From the NCBI GenBank assembly GCA_963695875.1, contig CAVOID010000008.1, positions 1 to 64,000 of the forward strand: a DNA stretch of 64,000 bases, read 5' to 3'. The stretch comes from an uncultured delta proteobacterium. Its GTDB lineage: Bacteria; Desulfobacterota; Syntrophia; Syntrophales; UBA2185. Under the pieces are notes generated by a model. The model did no database searches and was not told where the DNA came from. It saw nothing but the letters and a program-made list of their open reading frames with translations. The translations under genes and the position numbers were made by a program. This document shows positions 19,774-30,140 of the stretch, piece after piece (the first letter of the stretch is position 1; each line of letters opens with the position of its first letter).

Positions 19774-22378
19774 TTACTTCCTCCTTTTTCCTCTTTTTTC
19801 AAATATCATTTCACCGCTGTCTTTCGTATCAACGATAATGTGGTCTCCTTCAGCAAATGTTCCCTCCAGCATCCTAAGGGCAAGATTATCCAGAAGCAGT
19901 TTCTGGAGAGTCCTTTTTAAGGGCCTTGCACCATAAACGGGGCTGTAACCGGACTTAGCTATATAATTTTTTGCATTTTCTGTCAATTCAAGTGTCAACT
20001 TGCGTTCCTTTAATCGTTTCTGGATCAAACCTATCTGAATATCAATAATCCTATCTATATCGCCTATGGTCAGCGATCTGAAGATAATAGTATCATCTAT
20101 GCGATTCAGGAACTCCGGCCGGAAGGTGGCCCTGAGGGAATCAAGTGTTCTCGCACGCTTGTCTTCCTCGCTTAGAGAAAGATCATGTATCCATTGCCCC
20201 CCGATGTTTGAAGTCATAATCACGATGGTATTCTTAAAATCCACGGTCCTTCCGTGACCGTCGGTTAAGCGGCCATCATCGAGAATCTGCAGCAGGATAT
20301 TGAATACATCCGCATGTGCCTTTTCAATTTCGTCGAAGAGCACCACTGTATAGGGTCTTCTACGGACAGCCTCTGTGAGGTACCCCCCTTCGTCGTATCC
20401 AACGTAGCCGGGAGGCGCACCTATCAGTCTGGCCACGGAGTGTTTTTCCATGTACTCGGACATGTCGATCCTGATCATGGCCTGTTCATTGTCAAACATG
20501 AATTCGGCCAAGGCTCTAGCCAGCTCAGTCTTCCCTACACCTGTCGGTCCCAGGAATATGAAGGAACCTATAGGTCTGTTCGGGTCCTGAAGACCGGAAC
20601 GTGCTCTTCTCAAGGCACTGGACACGGCTGCGATACCTTCATCCTGGCCGACCACCCTTTGTCTAAGCCTTTCCTCCATATGAATCAGTTTCTGTACGTC
20701 GCTCTCCATCATGCGCGATACCGGGATGCCTGTCCAGTTTGCCACAACCTCCGCCACGTCTTCCTCGTCCACCTCTTCTTTTAACATTTTATTGTCCTTC
20801 TGGATATCGGCAAGCCTGGTGTTTTCCTGATCCAGCTTTTTGTTCAGTTCGACAAGTTTTCCGTAACGTATCTCGGCTGCCCTTGCGAGATTTCCCTCTC
20901 TCTGGGCACTTAGCTCTTCCGTTTTATACTCTTCGATTTTACTTTTGATCGTCTGAATCTTGCGGATAATTTCTTTCTCTTTCCCCCAGTGTTCCTTCAT
21001 TTTTTCCATGGATATCTTGAGTTCCGAGAGTTCCTTATCAATCTTGTTACGACGCTCCTGCGTAGTTTTGTCTCGGTCGTTCTTCAGGGACTGCCGTTCA
21101 ATTTCCAGTTGTGTAACCTTTCTCTCTATGGTGTCTATCTCAGAGGGCATGCTGTCGAGCTCAATCCGCAGCCGTGAGGCCGCCTCATCGATCAGATCAA
21201 CTGCCTTGTCCGGTAAAAACCTGTCGCTGATGTAGCGATGGGAAAGTGTTGCTGCGGCGATAATAGCGGAATCTTTGATCCTTACCCCATGGTGTACCTC
21301 ATACCGCTCTTTCAGTCCCCGGAGGATGGCAATCGTGTCTTCGACAGTGGGTTCCCTGACAATGATCGGCTGGAATCTCCGTTCCAGGGCGGGGTCTTTC
21401 TCAATATGCTTGCGGTATTCATTTAAAGTCGTGGCGCCGATGCATCGCAATTCTCCTCTTGCCAGGGCGGGCTTCAACATGTTGGATGCGTCAACCGCCC
21501 CCTCGGCAGCACCGGCACCGACTACTGTGTGAATTTCGTCGATGAAGAGGATAATCTCCCCCTGGGCGCCCGTGATTTCTTTAAGCACGGCCTTAAGTCT
21601 ATCTTCAAATTCTCCCCGGTATTTTGCGCCGGCGACCAGGGCACCAATATCGAGACCGATAACACGTTTGTCTTTCAGGGTCTCCGGCACATCACCATTC
21701 ACAATGCGCTGGGCAAGTCCTTCTACAATGGCTGTTTTACCCACCCCCGGTTCCCCGATGAGAACAGGATTGTTTTTCGTTCTCCGGGAGAGTACCTGCA
21801 TGATTCTCCTGATTTCGTCATCACGCCCGATGACGGGATCAAAAGATCCCTTACGTGGCAAGTTCATTGAAATCTCTGGCATAACGTTTCAGGGCCTGAT
21901 ATTTCTCCTCCGGATTCGGATCTGTTATCCTCTGGCTTCCCCTTATTTCCACAAGAACTCTGAAAATATTGTCCTTTGTAATGCCTTTGCCGCGAACGAT
22001 TTTCCCTGCCGCCCCTTCCTTTTCCTCGGCAATCGCTACCAGAATATGCTCGGCACTTACGTATTCATCCTTCAGGCGAGCCGCCTCGACAAGTGCGTTA
22101 TCTAATATCTTATTCAATCTGGGTGTCATATAAGTCTGGCCGGTACTTGAGCCTTCAACTTTCGGTAATCTTTCCAGGGATTTTCTAATTTCATCTTCAA
22201 TCCCCTTAGGGTCCACTCCCAGTTTTTTCAGTATTTCTCCAGTAATGCCCTCCGGCTGACTCAGAAAGGCCGCAAGAAGGTGTTCTGCTTCAATACCCTG
22301 ATTACCGTATTTATTAGCCAATGCTTGAGCTTCCTGCAGGGCCTCTTGGACCTTCAGCGTAAATTTGTCAAACCGCAT
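19774..22378 (-). CDS. clpB: ATP-dependent chaperone ClpB; frameshift near 21855
   Basis: Clp-N domain (21851-22378) plus two AAA+ domains ([16 protein letters not shown]) and the coiled-coil M domain. Confidence 0.95.
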
Positions 22379-22390
22379 AGTACCTCCGAT

Positions 22391-23260
22391 TTATGGTATT
22401 GGCTTTAAAATGCTCACAAAAAGCTTTCCGTTCTTGAAGACACTGACGTTGCCGGTAGATTCGGAAAGGACAATAGCGATGGCATTTGTGACATCTGTAA
22501 TTCCCGCAGCTGCGATATGCCTGCTCCCCAAACCCTGAGGAAAATCCTTGCTCTCTATGGCTGCATTGAGGTGCCTTCCTGCTGTAACTATTGCTCCATT
22601 GTCTTTTATGATAAATGCACCATCGATTGCTGAAAACTCTTTGATTGTTTCTATCAAATCGGGATTAAGAATATTTCTCTCCTCTTCACTATACCCCATG
22701 AAGGGATTGATGACCATCTGCCTAGAGAGCTGAAGTACCCTTTCATGATCTCCAAGTACGAAAATAGTTCCGACTTTTCTCCCTTCTCTTCCCTGGGCTG
22801 CCAGTTCGATTACAATATTAAGCGCTTCGCTGAAGACTTCAGGATGGACTCCCTGCGTTATGTCCGTAAGATTCTGCGATGTTAAAACCTCGAATTCCTT
22901 ACCGACATCGATCATGAAGATACTGTCAACGTATCCTAGCTTTGGAAGGCCGCTGATGCAGACGAGCTTATCCCCTTTCTTAAAGAGACCCGTGGCGATG
23001 CCCTTGGTTATGGCAATTTTAATCTGACCGACCCTCGACAGATTGACATCAGGAACATTAATAATTGTTCCTAAATTTTTAAATTCTTTAGGTAATTCCT
23101 CGTTACCTTTTGTCACAAGAACAAGATCAAAACAGGGCTTATCATCTTTGACAAAAGGCAGATCTTCAGCGGCTTCCGTGTAGAGCACAAGAGCCTTTGC
23201 CTTAACCTCGGCTGCGATGCTGCAGGCATGATCGAGTATGATCCTGTTGATCTCTTTCAT
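22391..23260 (-). CDS. Diadenylate cyclase (DisA_N/DAC domain), DacZ-like architecture
   Basis: ELAAQGREG..VGTIF, IDGAF, GLGSRHIAAA, VLSESTG motifs. N-terminal region resembles the pyruvate-kinase C-terminal domain (GLFKKGDKLVCISG). Confidence 0.85.
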   Translation of the reverse strand: MKEINRIILDHACSIAAEVKAKALVLYTEAAEDLPFVKDDKPCFDLVLVTKGNEELPKEFKNLGTIINVPDVNLSRVGQIKIAITKGIATGLFKKGDKLVCISGLPKLGYVDSIFMIDVGKEFEVLTSQNLTDITQGVHPEVFSEALNIVIELAAQGREGRKVGTIFVLGDHERVLQLSRQMVINPFMGYSEEERNILNPDLIETIKEFSAIDGAFIIKDNGAIVTAGRHLNAAIESKDFPQGLGSRHIAAAGITDVTNAIAIVLSESTGNVSVFKNGKLFVSILKPIP

Positions 23261-23424
23261 GTATCTTCTCCCACTTGCAATTTTCCTTCTGCTAAATCAA
23301 CTGTTTAAAAAAGCAACATGTTCTAGCAATCATAATAATTTTTTATACATTAACCATGAATAGCAAGTATGTCAATATGCGGTGCAAAGAATATACTTAT
23401 GCAATATCACAGTGTAAAATACCC

Positions 23425-23453
23425 TTGACTATGGGATGATACTTAAATATCAT
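23425..23453 (+). promoter_or_regulatory. sigma70-type promoter of rpoH
   Basis: TTGACT, 17-nt spacer, TATCAT. Confidence 0.55.
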
Positions 23454-23498
23454 ATCACCATAAACCAATTAAAACAGATACGGAAGGAGGAATGTTGA

Positions 23499-24359
23499 GT
23501 GGAACTGCCATCGGTTACCAGTACCCTTGACATTTACATAGCAGAGATCAATAGATTTCCCGTGTTAAGCGCGGATGAGGAATTCAGATTAGCTGTCAGG
23601 TTTAAAAAATATAATGATGTGGAAGCAGCCGAGAAACTTGTCGTTTCAAACTTAAGGTTTGTAGTCAAGATAGCACATGAATACAGAAATTACGGAGTGA
23701 AACTGACCGACCTGATTCAGGAAGGTAACATTGGTCTGATGCATGCTGTGAAAAAATTTGATCCATACAAGGGTTACAGGCTTATATCCTATGCAGTATG
23801 GTGGATCAGGGCATATATACAGAATTTCATCATCAAATCGTGGAGTCTGGTAAAAATCGGAACCACCCAGGCACAGAGGAAGCTTTTTTTTAAGCTAAGT
23901 CAGGCCAAAAAGAAACTTGAAACCATTTCAGAGAAAAACCCTGAATTCCGGGAAATTGCAGAATCTCTGGGTGTTAAAGAACATGAGATCGAAGAAATGG
24001 ATCTCAGACTAAGTCACCGCGATCTTTCACTTGACGCATACATCAATGATGAAAGCGAGACGGCGCATATCGACTATCTGACCTATGGTGGCGAGGATCA
24101 GGAGATGGTCCTGATAAAAAAAGAAGAAATGCATCTGGTGAAGAGGAATATTGCCGGTGCTCTGGCTAATCTCAATGAAAGGGAGAGCTTTATCATCAGA
24201 CATCGCATAATGACGGACAATCCGATAACGCTTCAGGAAATAGGCAACAAGTACAAAATTACTAGAGAACGGGCCAGACAAATCGAGAAACAGGCCCTTA
24301 AGAAACTGAGACTGGCTATTCCATATTTGGGAAAAGAACAGGCATTGTTGGGGGCCTGA
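23499..24359 (+). CDS. rpoH: RNA polymerase sigma factor RpoH (sigma32)
   Basis: DLIQEGNIGLM, SYAVWWIRAYI, RpoH box QRKLFFKL, TRERARQIE motifs. Confidence 0.93.
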   Translation: MELPSVTSTLDIYIAEINRFPVLSADEEFRLAVRFKKYNDVEAAEKLVVSNLRFVVKIAHEYRNYGVKLTDLIQEGNIGLMHAVKKFDPYKGYRLISYAVWWIRAYIQNFIIKSWSLVKIGTTQAQRKLFFKLSQAKKKLETISEKNPEFREIAESLGVKEHEIEEMDLRLSHRDLSLDAYINDESETAHIDYLTYGGEDQEMVLIKKEEMHLVKRNIAGALANLNERESFIIRHRIMTDNPITLQEIGNKYKITRERARQIEKQALKKLRLAIPYLGKEQALLGA

Positions 24360-24895
24360 GTTAAAAAAGTTCGTACTCAAGCAGCCGAAGCTGCTTCTTG
24401 TGGATCAAAATTCTTATAAAGTGAAGATGGCGATGAGGGTAAATACTATGGGGGATGAATGCAGAAATCCTTATCGTGGCTCAGTTAAACCGAATACGCA
24501 TTCTCCGACATCAGAGGAATTTTATTTCTTTAAGAGTGAATTGGATGTGAGAAACTGGGAGCTGCTTGATAATGGGTAAATCAAGCTCACTATTTGCAGA
24601 GACTGTGGGGCATGGACAACTGAAGCATGGGATCAAGAAGAACTAAAGTACTTACGCCGGTGGACATGACACCGTTTCAGTTTGATATAGGTGTCTAAGT
24701 AAGGGTAAGATTTTAGGGCAAGTATAATGAAATGGTGGAACTGTTACACGGAGAACGAGCATGATTAAGAGAGTTCGTCCATCTCCATCTCCTGCTCCTG
24801 AAAACTATTATTTTATATTATTTGAGAAAAAACAGTGTCAAAAAGAGTTTAGAGAGGAAAATCTTGAACTTCATAACTAATTTTTTTCCATGTAA

Positions 24896-26257
24896 CTACG
24901 AATCCATGTCAATCCCTCTGGCCAGGTTTTCAAAACGTGCGAATTTGTCCTGAAATGCCAATTTAACCATACCAGTCGGCCCGTTTCTCTGCTTCCCGAT
25001 AATGATCTCGGCCATACCCCTTTCAGGGTTTTCTTCGGACTTGTCGTAGACCTCATCCCTGTAAATAAAAGCTATCAAATCTGCATCCTGTTCAATGGCT
25101 CCTGAATCCCTCAGGTCGGCCATCTGCGGACGCTTGTTGGTCCTGTCTTCCAACTTCCGGTTTAACTGGGAAAGTGCTATTACCGGGACATTCAATTCCT
25201 TTGCAAGGGCCTTTAGTGAACGGCTGATTTCCGATATTTCCTGTTCCCTCGATGTTTCCCTGTAACCGCCGCTACTCATGAGTTGCAAGTAATCAAGAAT
25301 GATCAAACCAAGGTCAACCTCAGATTTCAACCGTCGTGCTTTTGCTTTCATTTCTAAAGCGGTAATTGCCGATGAATCGTCTATAAATATCTGTGCCTCG
25401 GAAAGTCTTCCAGCTGCGGCAATCAGCCTCGGCCAATCCGCTTCGCCAAGGAAACCCCGTCTAATCCTCTGAGAATCAACTCTCGCTTCTGAAGATAGCA
25501 TGCGAAGGGCAAGTTGTTCTTTAGACATTTCCAGAGAAAAAACGGCAACAGGGATATTCGCTTCAAGCGCTGCATACTGGGCTATATTCAGGGCAAAAGC
25601 GGTTTTGCCCATGCTTGGTCGACCTGCAATGATGACTAAATCAGATCTCTGCAATCCTGATGTTATATCATCGATTTTCTCAAATCCGGTGGGAACACCT
25701 GTGACAAGTTCTTTTCGCTCATACAGTTTTTCAATGGTTTTGACGCTTTCCTTGATGATATCTTTAAAAGGGCTGAATGCAGGTCTTATTTTATTTTCGG
25801 ATATTTCAAATATGGCGTGCTCTGCTTCGTCAAGGACGGTATCAATGTCTGTCCCTGCATTATAACTCTTGTTTAAAATCTCGGTAGCCGTGCCAATGAG
25901 TCTGCGAAGAATTGCCTTTTCCTTCACGATCTTCGAATAATGGGATATATTAGCTGCCGACGGTACATTGTCCGCGAGAGATGACAGATAAGACACGCCT
26001 CCTGCTTGGTCGAGTTGATTCTTGCTTTTTAAGATATTACTTAACGTGATGAGATCGCTCGGTTCATTTTTATCATATAGTTCAACAATCGCGGTGAATA
26101 TTTTTCTGTGGGCTTCGCTGTAGAAATCCTCGACATCAAGTATTTCCAAAACGCTGTTCAGAGACTGGTTATCGAGCAGTATTCCTCCAATCACAGACTG
26201 CTCCGCTTCAAGGTTCTGTGGAGGTAGTTTATGTAAAGACGTATCGATATCCTTCAT
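24896..26257 (-). CDS. dnaB: Replicative DNA helicase
   Basis: PPQNLEAEQ, GRPSMGKT, DYLQL, SQLNR, KQRNGPTG motifs. No intein. Confidence 0.96.
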   Translation of the reverse strand: MKDIDTSLHKLPPQNLEAEQSVIGGILLDNQSLNSVLEILDVEDFYSEAHRKIFTAIVELYDKNEPSDLITLSNILKSKNQLDQAGGVSYLSSLADNVPSAANISHYSKIVKEKAILRRLIGTATEILNKSYNAGTDIDTVLDEAEHAIFEISENKIRPAFSPFKDIIKESVKTIEKLYERKELVTGVPTGFEKIDDITSGLQRSDLVIIAGRPSMGKTAFALNIAQYAALEANIPVAVFSLEMSKEQLALRMLSSEARVDSQRIRRGFLGEADWPRLIAAAGRLSEAQIFIDDSSAITALEMKAKARRLKSEVDLGLIILDYLQLMSSGGYRETSREQEISEISRSLKALAKELNVPVIALSQLNRKLEDRTNKRPQMADLRDSGAIEQDADLIAFIYRDEVYDKSEENPERGMAEIIIGKQRNGPTGMVKLAFQDKFARFENLARGIDMDS

Positions 26258-26266
26258 TGGAAGTCT

Positions 26267-26713
26267 TTAAGCCTCACCAACGACCATAATTTTTATCTCG
26301 GCCATCACCCCGGGCTGAAGTTTGATCTTGACAGGGAATTCGCCGAGAGACCTTACGGGCTCTTCAAGGACTATCATCCTCCTATCGATCTCTATGCCCT
26401 GTTCGATGAGGGAGTTTTCTATATCTTTTGTGGTGACAGAACCGAATAACTTGTCCTGTTCCCCGGCACGCCGGTGGAGAGTACAGGTTACACCTCTGAG
26501 TTTTTCAACCATTAATTCGGCTTTTTTCCTTTCACTTTCAATCTTCTGCATTATACGGTTTTTTTCATGTTCTAAGGACTTCAAAGACCAACTACTCGCT
26601 TCTACTGCGAGCCCTTTGGGGATCAGATAGTTCCTTGCGTAGCCATCGGCTACCTTCACTGCGTCACCTGCTTTTCCAAGAGATTCAACATTTTCTTTTA
26701 ATATAACCTTCAT
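26267..26713 (-). CDS. rplI: 50S ribosomal protein L9
   Basis: MKVIL..LGK.G..VKVADGYARNYLIP, LFGSVT motifs. Confidence 0.96.
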   Translation of the reverse strand: MKVILKENVESLGKAGDAVKVADGYARNYLIPKGLAVEASSWSLKSLEHEKNRIMQKIESERKKAELMVEKLRGVTCTLHRRAGEQDKLFGSVTTKDIENSLIEQGIEIDRRMIVLEEPVRSLGEFPVKIKLQPGVMAEIKIMVVGEA

Positions 26714-26770
26714 AAAACTCTCCTTATGAAACCTGATTTTCTCACATTTATTGGGTTATGAAAAGCTTGT

Positions 26771-27739
26771 TTATGTAGTAGAATCCATTATCGGTTTAAT
26801 AAATTTTCTGAAATCAACCCATAGATCAATTACTCCTACGGCAATTACGAGCAGGATGATGTATTGTTGAGCGAATATAAGAAAATAACATGGGATCCTG
26901 AAAAGCCTATGAACGTTTTTAGTTTTGAATAAAAAACCTATGATTGACAAACCCTGAAGCAAATAAACGAACAGGCAGATAAGCAGCAGATTAAAACCGA
27001 GAATTCTTGCCCATTCAACGGGAATTAAGAGCAGTACCCCGTTAGCTATGAGAAACCATATCAGACTTTCCGGAGCCTTCCAACGTGAAAGATCGCCAAA
27101 ATCGGGATACCACATCCTGTTTTTCTGAAATATCTCCCTTGCTGCCAGTATATTGATCCACACCGTAAAAGATGCACTTACGAGTACGAGCGCAGGGAAA
27201 ATGTTTGTAAAAAAATGGGTGATCTGTTCAATATTATTCTTGGCCAAGTCGATCTGTTCCATTGGAATGTCTAGTTGAGCATAGAATTGAATGCTTTCCT
27301 GAATGTTCTTTCCTATGTAATCTTCAACCAGAAGCCACGGTTGCTTTCCCAGGGAGAGACTTTGAAAAATGATAAATGAAAACCATAGTATCATGAGCAC
27401 CATGACTGGGAAAATGATAGTTATTTCGACAGAGTAATTCTTACGAATAATCTCTGAAAGTATAACTCCCAAACTTCCCGATACAAACAAGAAGGGGATA
27501 TTGTCTGCGGAACCGGAAATAGTCAGGATTATGGAGACCACAGAAAGAGATACGACAAAGACCATCAATCCCTGTATTCTGCCTATTTTCGAATAATAAT
27601 AAAGAATCGGCAGGGGTATTAGGATAAAAAAGAAAGTACCTACTATGGGAATAAGTGATGCAGCAATAAATGCCAGGGAGGATATAGCTATACCCGTGAA
27701 AAAGTTGCTACTAAAAAATTCACCCCTTTCTTTTCTCAA
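26771..27739 (-). CDS. DUF2232/YybS family membrane protein
   Basis: Multi-TM protein with QGLS and G..DLWVDFRK motifs, located between rpsR and rplI. Confidence 0.85.
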   Translation of the reverse strand: MRKERGEFFSSNFFTGIAISSLAFIAASLIPIVGTFFFILIPLPILYYYSKIGRIQGLMVFVVSLSVVSIILTISGSADNIPFLFVSGSLGVILSEIIRKNYSVEITIIFPVMVLMILWFSFIIFQSLSLGKQPWLLVEDYIGKNIQESIQFYAQLDIPMEQIDLAKNNIEQITHFFTNIFPALVLVSASFTVWINILAAREIFQKNRMWYPDFGDLSRWKAPESLIWFLIANGVLLLIPVEWARILGFNLLLICLFVYLLQGLSIIGFLFKTKNVHRLFRIPCYFLIFAQQYIILLVIAVGVIDLWVDFRKFIKPIMDSTT

Positions 27740-27788
27740 AGTCCGAATCCATCAATTTTAGTCTAAAACGGACCATCTTCCAAATTTA

Positions 27789-28067
27789 TTACCACTCGGA
27801 TACAACAAAGGGCAATAAAGCAATGGTCCTAGCTCTTTTTATAGCCACGGTAACTTCTCTTTGATGTTTTGCACAATTTCCAGTAATTCTTCTCGGTATG
27901 ATCTTACCCCTGTCAGTTATGTAATCCTTTAAGACAAGAGGCTCCTTGTATTCAATTCTTATATCCGAATCCGTACAAAATCTGCAGAATTTTCTTTTGT
28001 GATAAAATTTCTTTTGCGGTTTAGAGTCGGATTTCGACGTCCTTGTGTCTCTTGACGGTGTTGGCAT
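27789..28067 (-). CDS. rpsR: 30S ribosomal protein S18
   Basis: [31 protein letters not shown] motifs. Confidence 0.96.
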   Translation of the reverse strand: MPTPSRDTRTSKSDSKPQKKFYHKRKFCRFCTDSDIRIEYKEPLVLKDYITDRGKIIPRRITGNCAKHQREVTVAIKRARTIALLPFVVSEW

Positions 28068-28115
28068 TTCTGATGTTTCTCCCCCTTCGTTTCCCTATTT
28101 CTAAGTTTATATTGG

Positions 28116-28541
28116 TTATGATGATCTGGAATCTTTATCCGAATCAATTTCGATGTTATCTGCGGGGCCATGGCTTTCCGCCACTGGCGCCGTACGCTGC
28201 GCCTCAATTCGCATTTCTTCTTGTTTATCTTTTTCTATCTTTGCCAGGTCAACTTTATCGTCCTTCATTATTGTCATGTATTTCAAAATCTTGTCATCGA
28301 TTTTGAAATTTCTTTCCAGTTCCTCGATGACTGCCCTTTTGCCCACAAAATCAATCAGGACGTAAAACCCGTTTGGCTGCTTTTTTATTTCGTAGGCTAA
28401 TTTTCTTTTGCCCCATTTTTCGATTTTAACAATGATGCCTTTAAAGGCTGTGACGATAGTTCCATATCGTTCAATGAGGCTATTAAGTTCGTCGTCGGGA
28501 AGGTCAACTTGGACAATAAACAGGGTTTCGTATCTTTTCAA
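28116..28541 (-). CDS. rpsF: 30S ribosomal protein S6
   Basis: KRYETLFI, WGKRKLAYEIKK motifs. TTG start after SD GAGGAGG. Confidence 0.96.
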   Translation of the reverse strand: MKRYETLFIVQVDLPDDELNSLIERYGTIVTAFKGIIVKIEKWGKRKLAYEIKKQPNGFYVLIDFVGKRAVIEELERNFKIDDKILKYMTIMKDDKVDLAKIEKDKQEEMRIEAQRTAPVAESHGPADNIEIDSDKDSRSS

Positions 28542-28547
28542 CTTGCT

Positions 28548-28596
28548 ACCTCCTCATGGCTCTAAAGTCCGAACAATAAGTTCGAACAAGGAGTCC
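28548..28596 (-). promoter_or_regulatory. Probable S6:S18 autoregulatory leader RNA
   Basis: Minus strand CTCCTTG-[TTCGAAC/GTTCGGA hairpin]-...GCCA-TGAGGAGG. The anti-SD pairs with the SD and a CCA sits next to it, as in rpsF leaders. Confidence 0.5.
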
Positions 28597-28728
28597 TGTA
28601 TAATATGATTTTAAGTGGAATTGACATTTATAATATCCTATTTAAGAAATCAAGATCTTTATGCAAAAAATATAACAAATCGATCTGTAACTGCTCTTCA
28701 TCTTTAATTATCTAATTGGTAATTTAAG

Positions 28729-28805
28729 TGGCGGGCGATCCGAGACTTGAACTCGGGGCCTCTGGTTCCGGAGACCAGCGCTCTATCCTACTGAGCTAAT
28801 CGCCC
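28729..28805 (-). tRNA. tRNA-Arg (anticodon CCG)
   Basis: GGGCGATTAGCTCAGTAGGATAGAGCG CTGGT-CTCCGGA-ACCAG ...GAGTTCAAGTCTC..TCGCCCGCCA. Confidence 0.95.
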
Positions 28806-28925
28806 GTTTTTTCTGGCGTAATAACTTTCATTTTATCCAAAGGAAATTTGTATATATCAGGACGTGCTACATACACTGTATTGCTTAACAACTCAATATC
28901 TTTTCGTAAGTTATGGCTGATTTTC

Positions 28926-29795
28926 TCACCTGGGAAAAGATAGTTCCTTTAAAATTTTCTTGACGGGTTGGCTTCTATTCATACAGTAAACGTGGAGACC
29001 GTCAATCCCGTTTTTAAGCAGGTTTTCTATCTGAATGACCGCGTGTTCTATCCCGTATTTTTCTATCTCTTCCGGTTTGTCCTTATTTTTTTCTATCTTG
29101 TTTCCGAGTCTGGACGTTATTTTGACGCCGGAGAGAGACGAAATACGTTTAACCTGATTGTAGTTCAGGATAGGAAAGATTCCGGGTATAATCGGGACAT
29201 TAATTTTCAATTCCATCGCATGATCGCGGAAATTATAAAAGACGTCATTATTGAAGAACAGTTGTGTTATGATAAAATCAGCACCGGCATCTACCTTGCG
29301 CTTCAGATTTATCATATCGACCTGTAGGCTTGGAGCCTCGATATGCCTTTCTGGATAACCGGCCACGCCGATTGAGAAATCATCACACATTCTGATAAAC
29401 TCAACCAACTCATTGGCATAACCAAATCCACCCTCTGTCTTTTGGAATTTATCCATACCTTCTGGAGGATCACCCCTCAGGGCAAGAATATTTTCAACGT
29501 TTTCTTTCTTAAGTGCTTTGAGAATAGCTGCAATGTCTTCTTTTGTGGACTGAACGCAAGTTAAATGTGCCAGAACCTCCATCTTGAATTCGTTCTTGAC
29601 CTTCGAGGAGATTTCTATGGTTTTTTCTCTTGTGCTGCCTCCCGCTCCATAGGTTACGGAAATGAAGTCCGGTTTTAATTCCCCCAGTTCCTTGATTGCA
29701 GAAAATAAATTTTCTATACTACCTTCCCTCTTTGGCGGGAAAACCTCAAAAGAGAGGGTAAATTTTTTCTGGTCAAGCATATTCTTAATTTTCAT
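28926..29795 (-). CDS. metF: Methylenetetrahydrofolate reductase
   Basis: SFEVFPPK, SVTYGAGG, AHLTC, LALRGD, KVDAGADFIITQLFF motifs. Confidence 0.94.
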   Translation of the reverse strand: MKIKNMLDQKKFTLSFEVFPPKREGSIENLFSAIKELGELKPDFISVTYGAGGSTREKTIEISSKVKNEFKMEVLAHLTCVQSTKEDIAAILKALKKENVENILALRGDPPEGMDKFQKTEGGFGYANELVEFIRMCDDFSIGVAGYPERHIEAPSLQVDMINLKRKVDAGADFIITQLFFNNDVFYNFRDHAMELKINVPIIPGIFPILNYNQVKRISSLSGVKITSRLGNKIEKNKDKPEEIEKYGIEHAVIQIENLLKNGIDGLHVYCMNRSQPVKKILKELSFPR

Positions 29796-30140
29796 AATGT
29801 GGATCCTGAGATTCTTCCTTCGAAAAATGTCATTAAGAGCTGTAATTGTCAATATATTTTCTATATTTGATGGCATCTTGAAAATTCATCCGCCGGATTA
29901 TTCCCGCAAATGCTAGGTCTTCTCCGGTATTGCGCTTAATTCCTTCCATTATCAAGTATGGTACGGGCTTTGCACTATGCATCTACACAGTTCATTTAAT
30001 CGATTTTGAATGATTTGCGAGCTTTGTTCTATGATTCAGTCTTTTTTGAAGAAATGCCTCTAATTAATATGTAAACATATCTGTATTGAAAACATTTAGT
30101 AAATCTGATAGATTGACGAAAATTTTCGAGATTAGATAAG

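Noticed and set aside
23261..23498. CIRCE operator between rpoH and dac-clpB
   Set aside because: No TTAGCACTC-N9-GAGTGCTAA match. Only a short TGATA-N6-TATCA palindrome, too weak to call.
29796..30140. SAM/SAH riboswitch upstream of metF
   Set aside because: No recognisable SAM-I or SAH consensus elements by eye. An Rfam scan would settle it.
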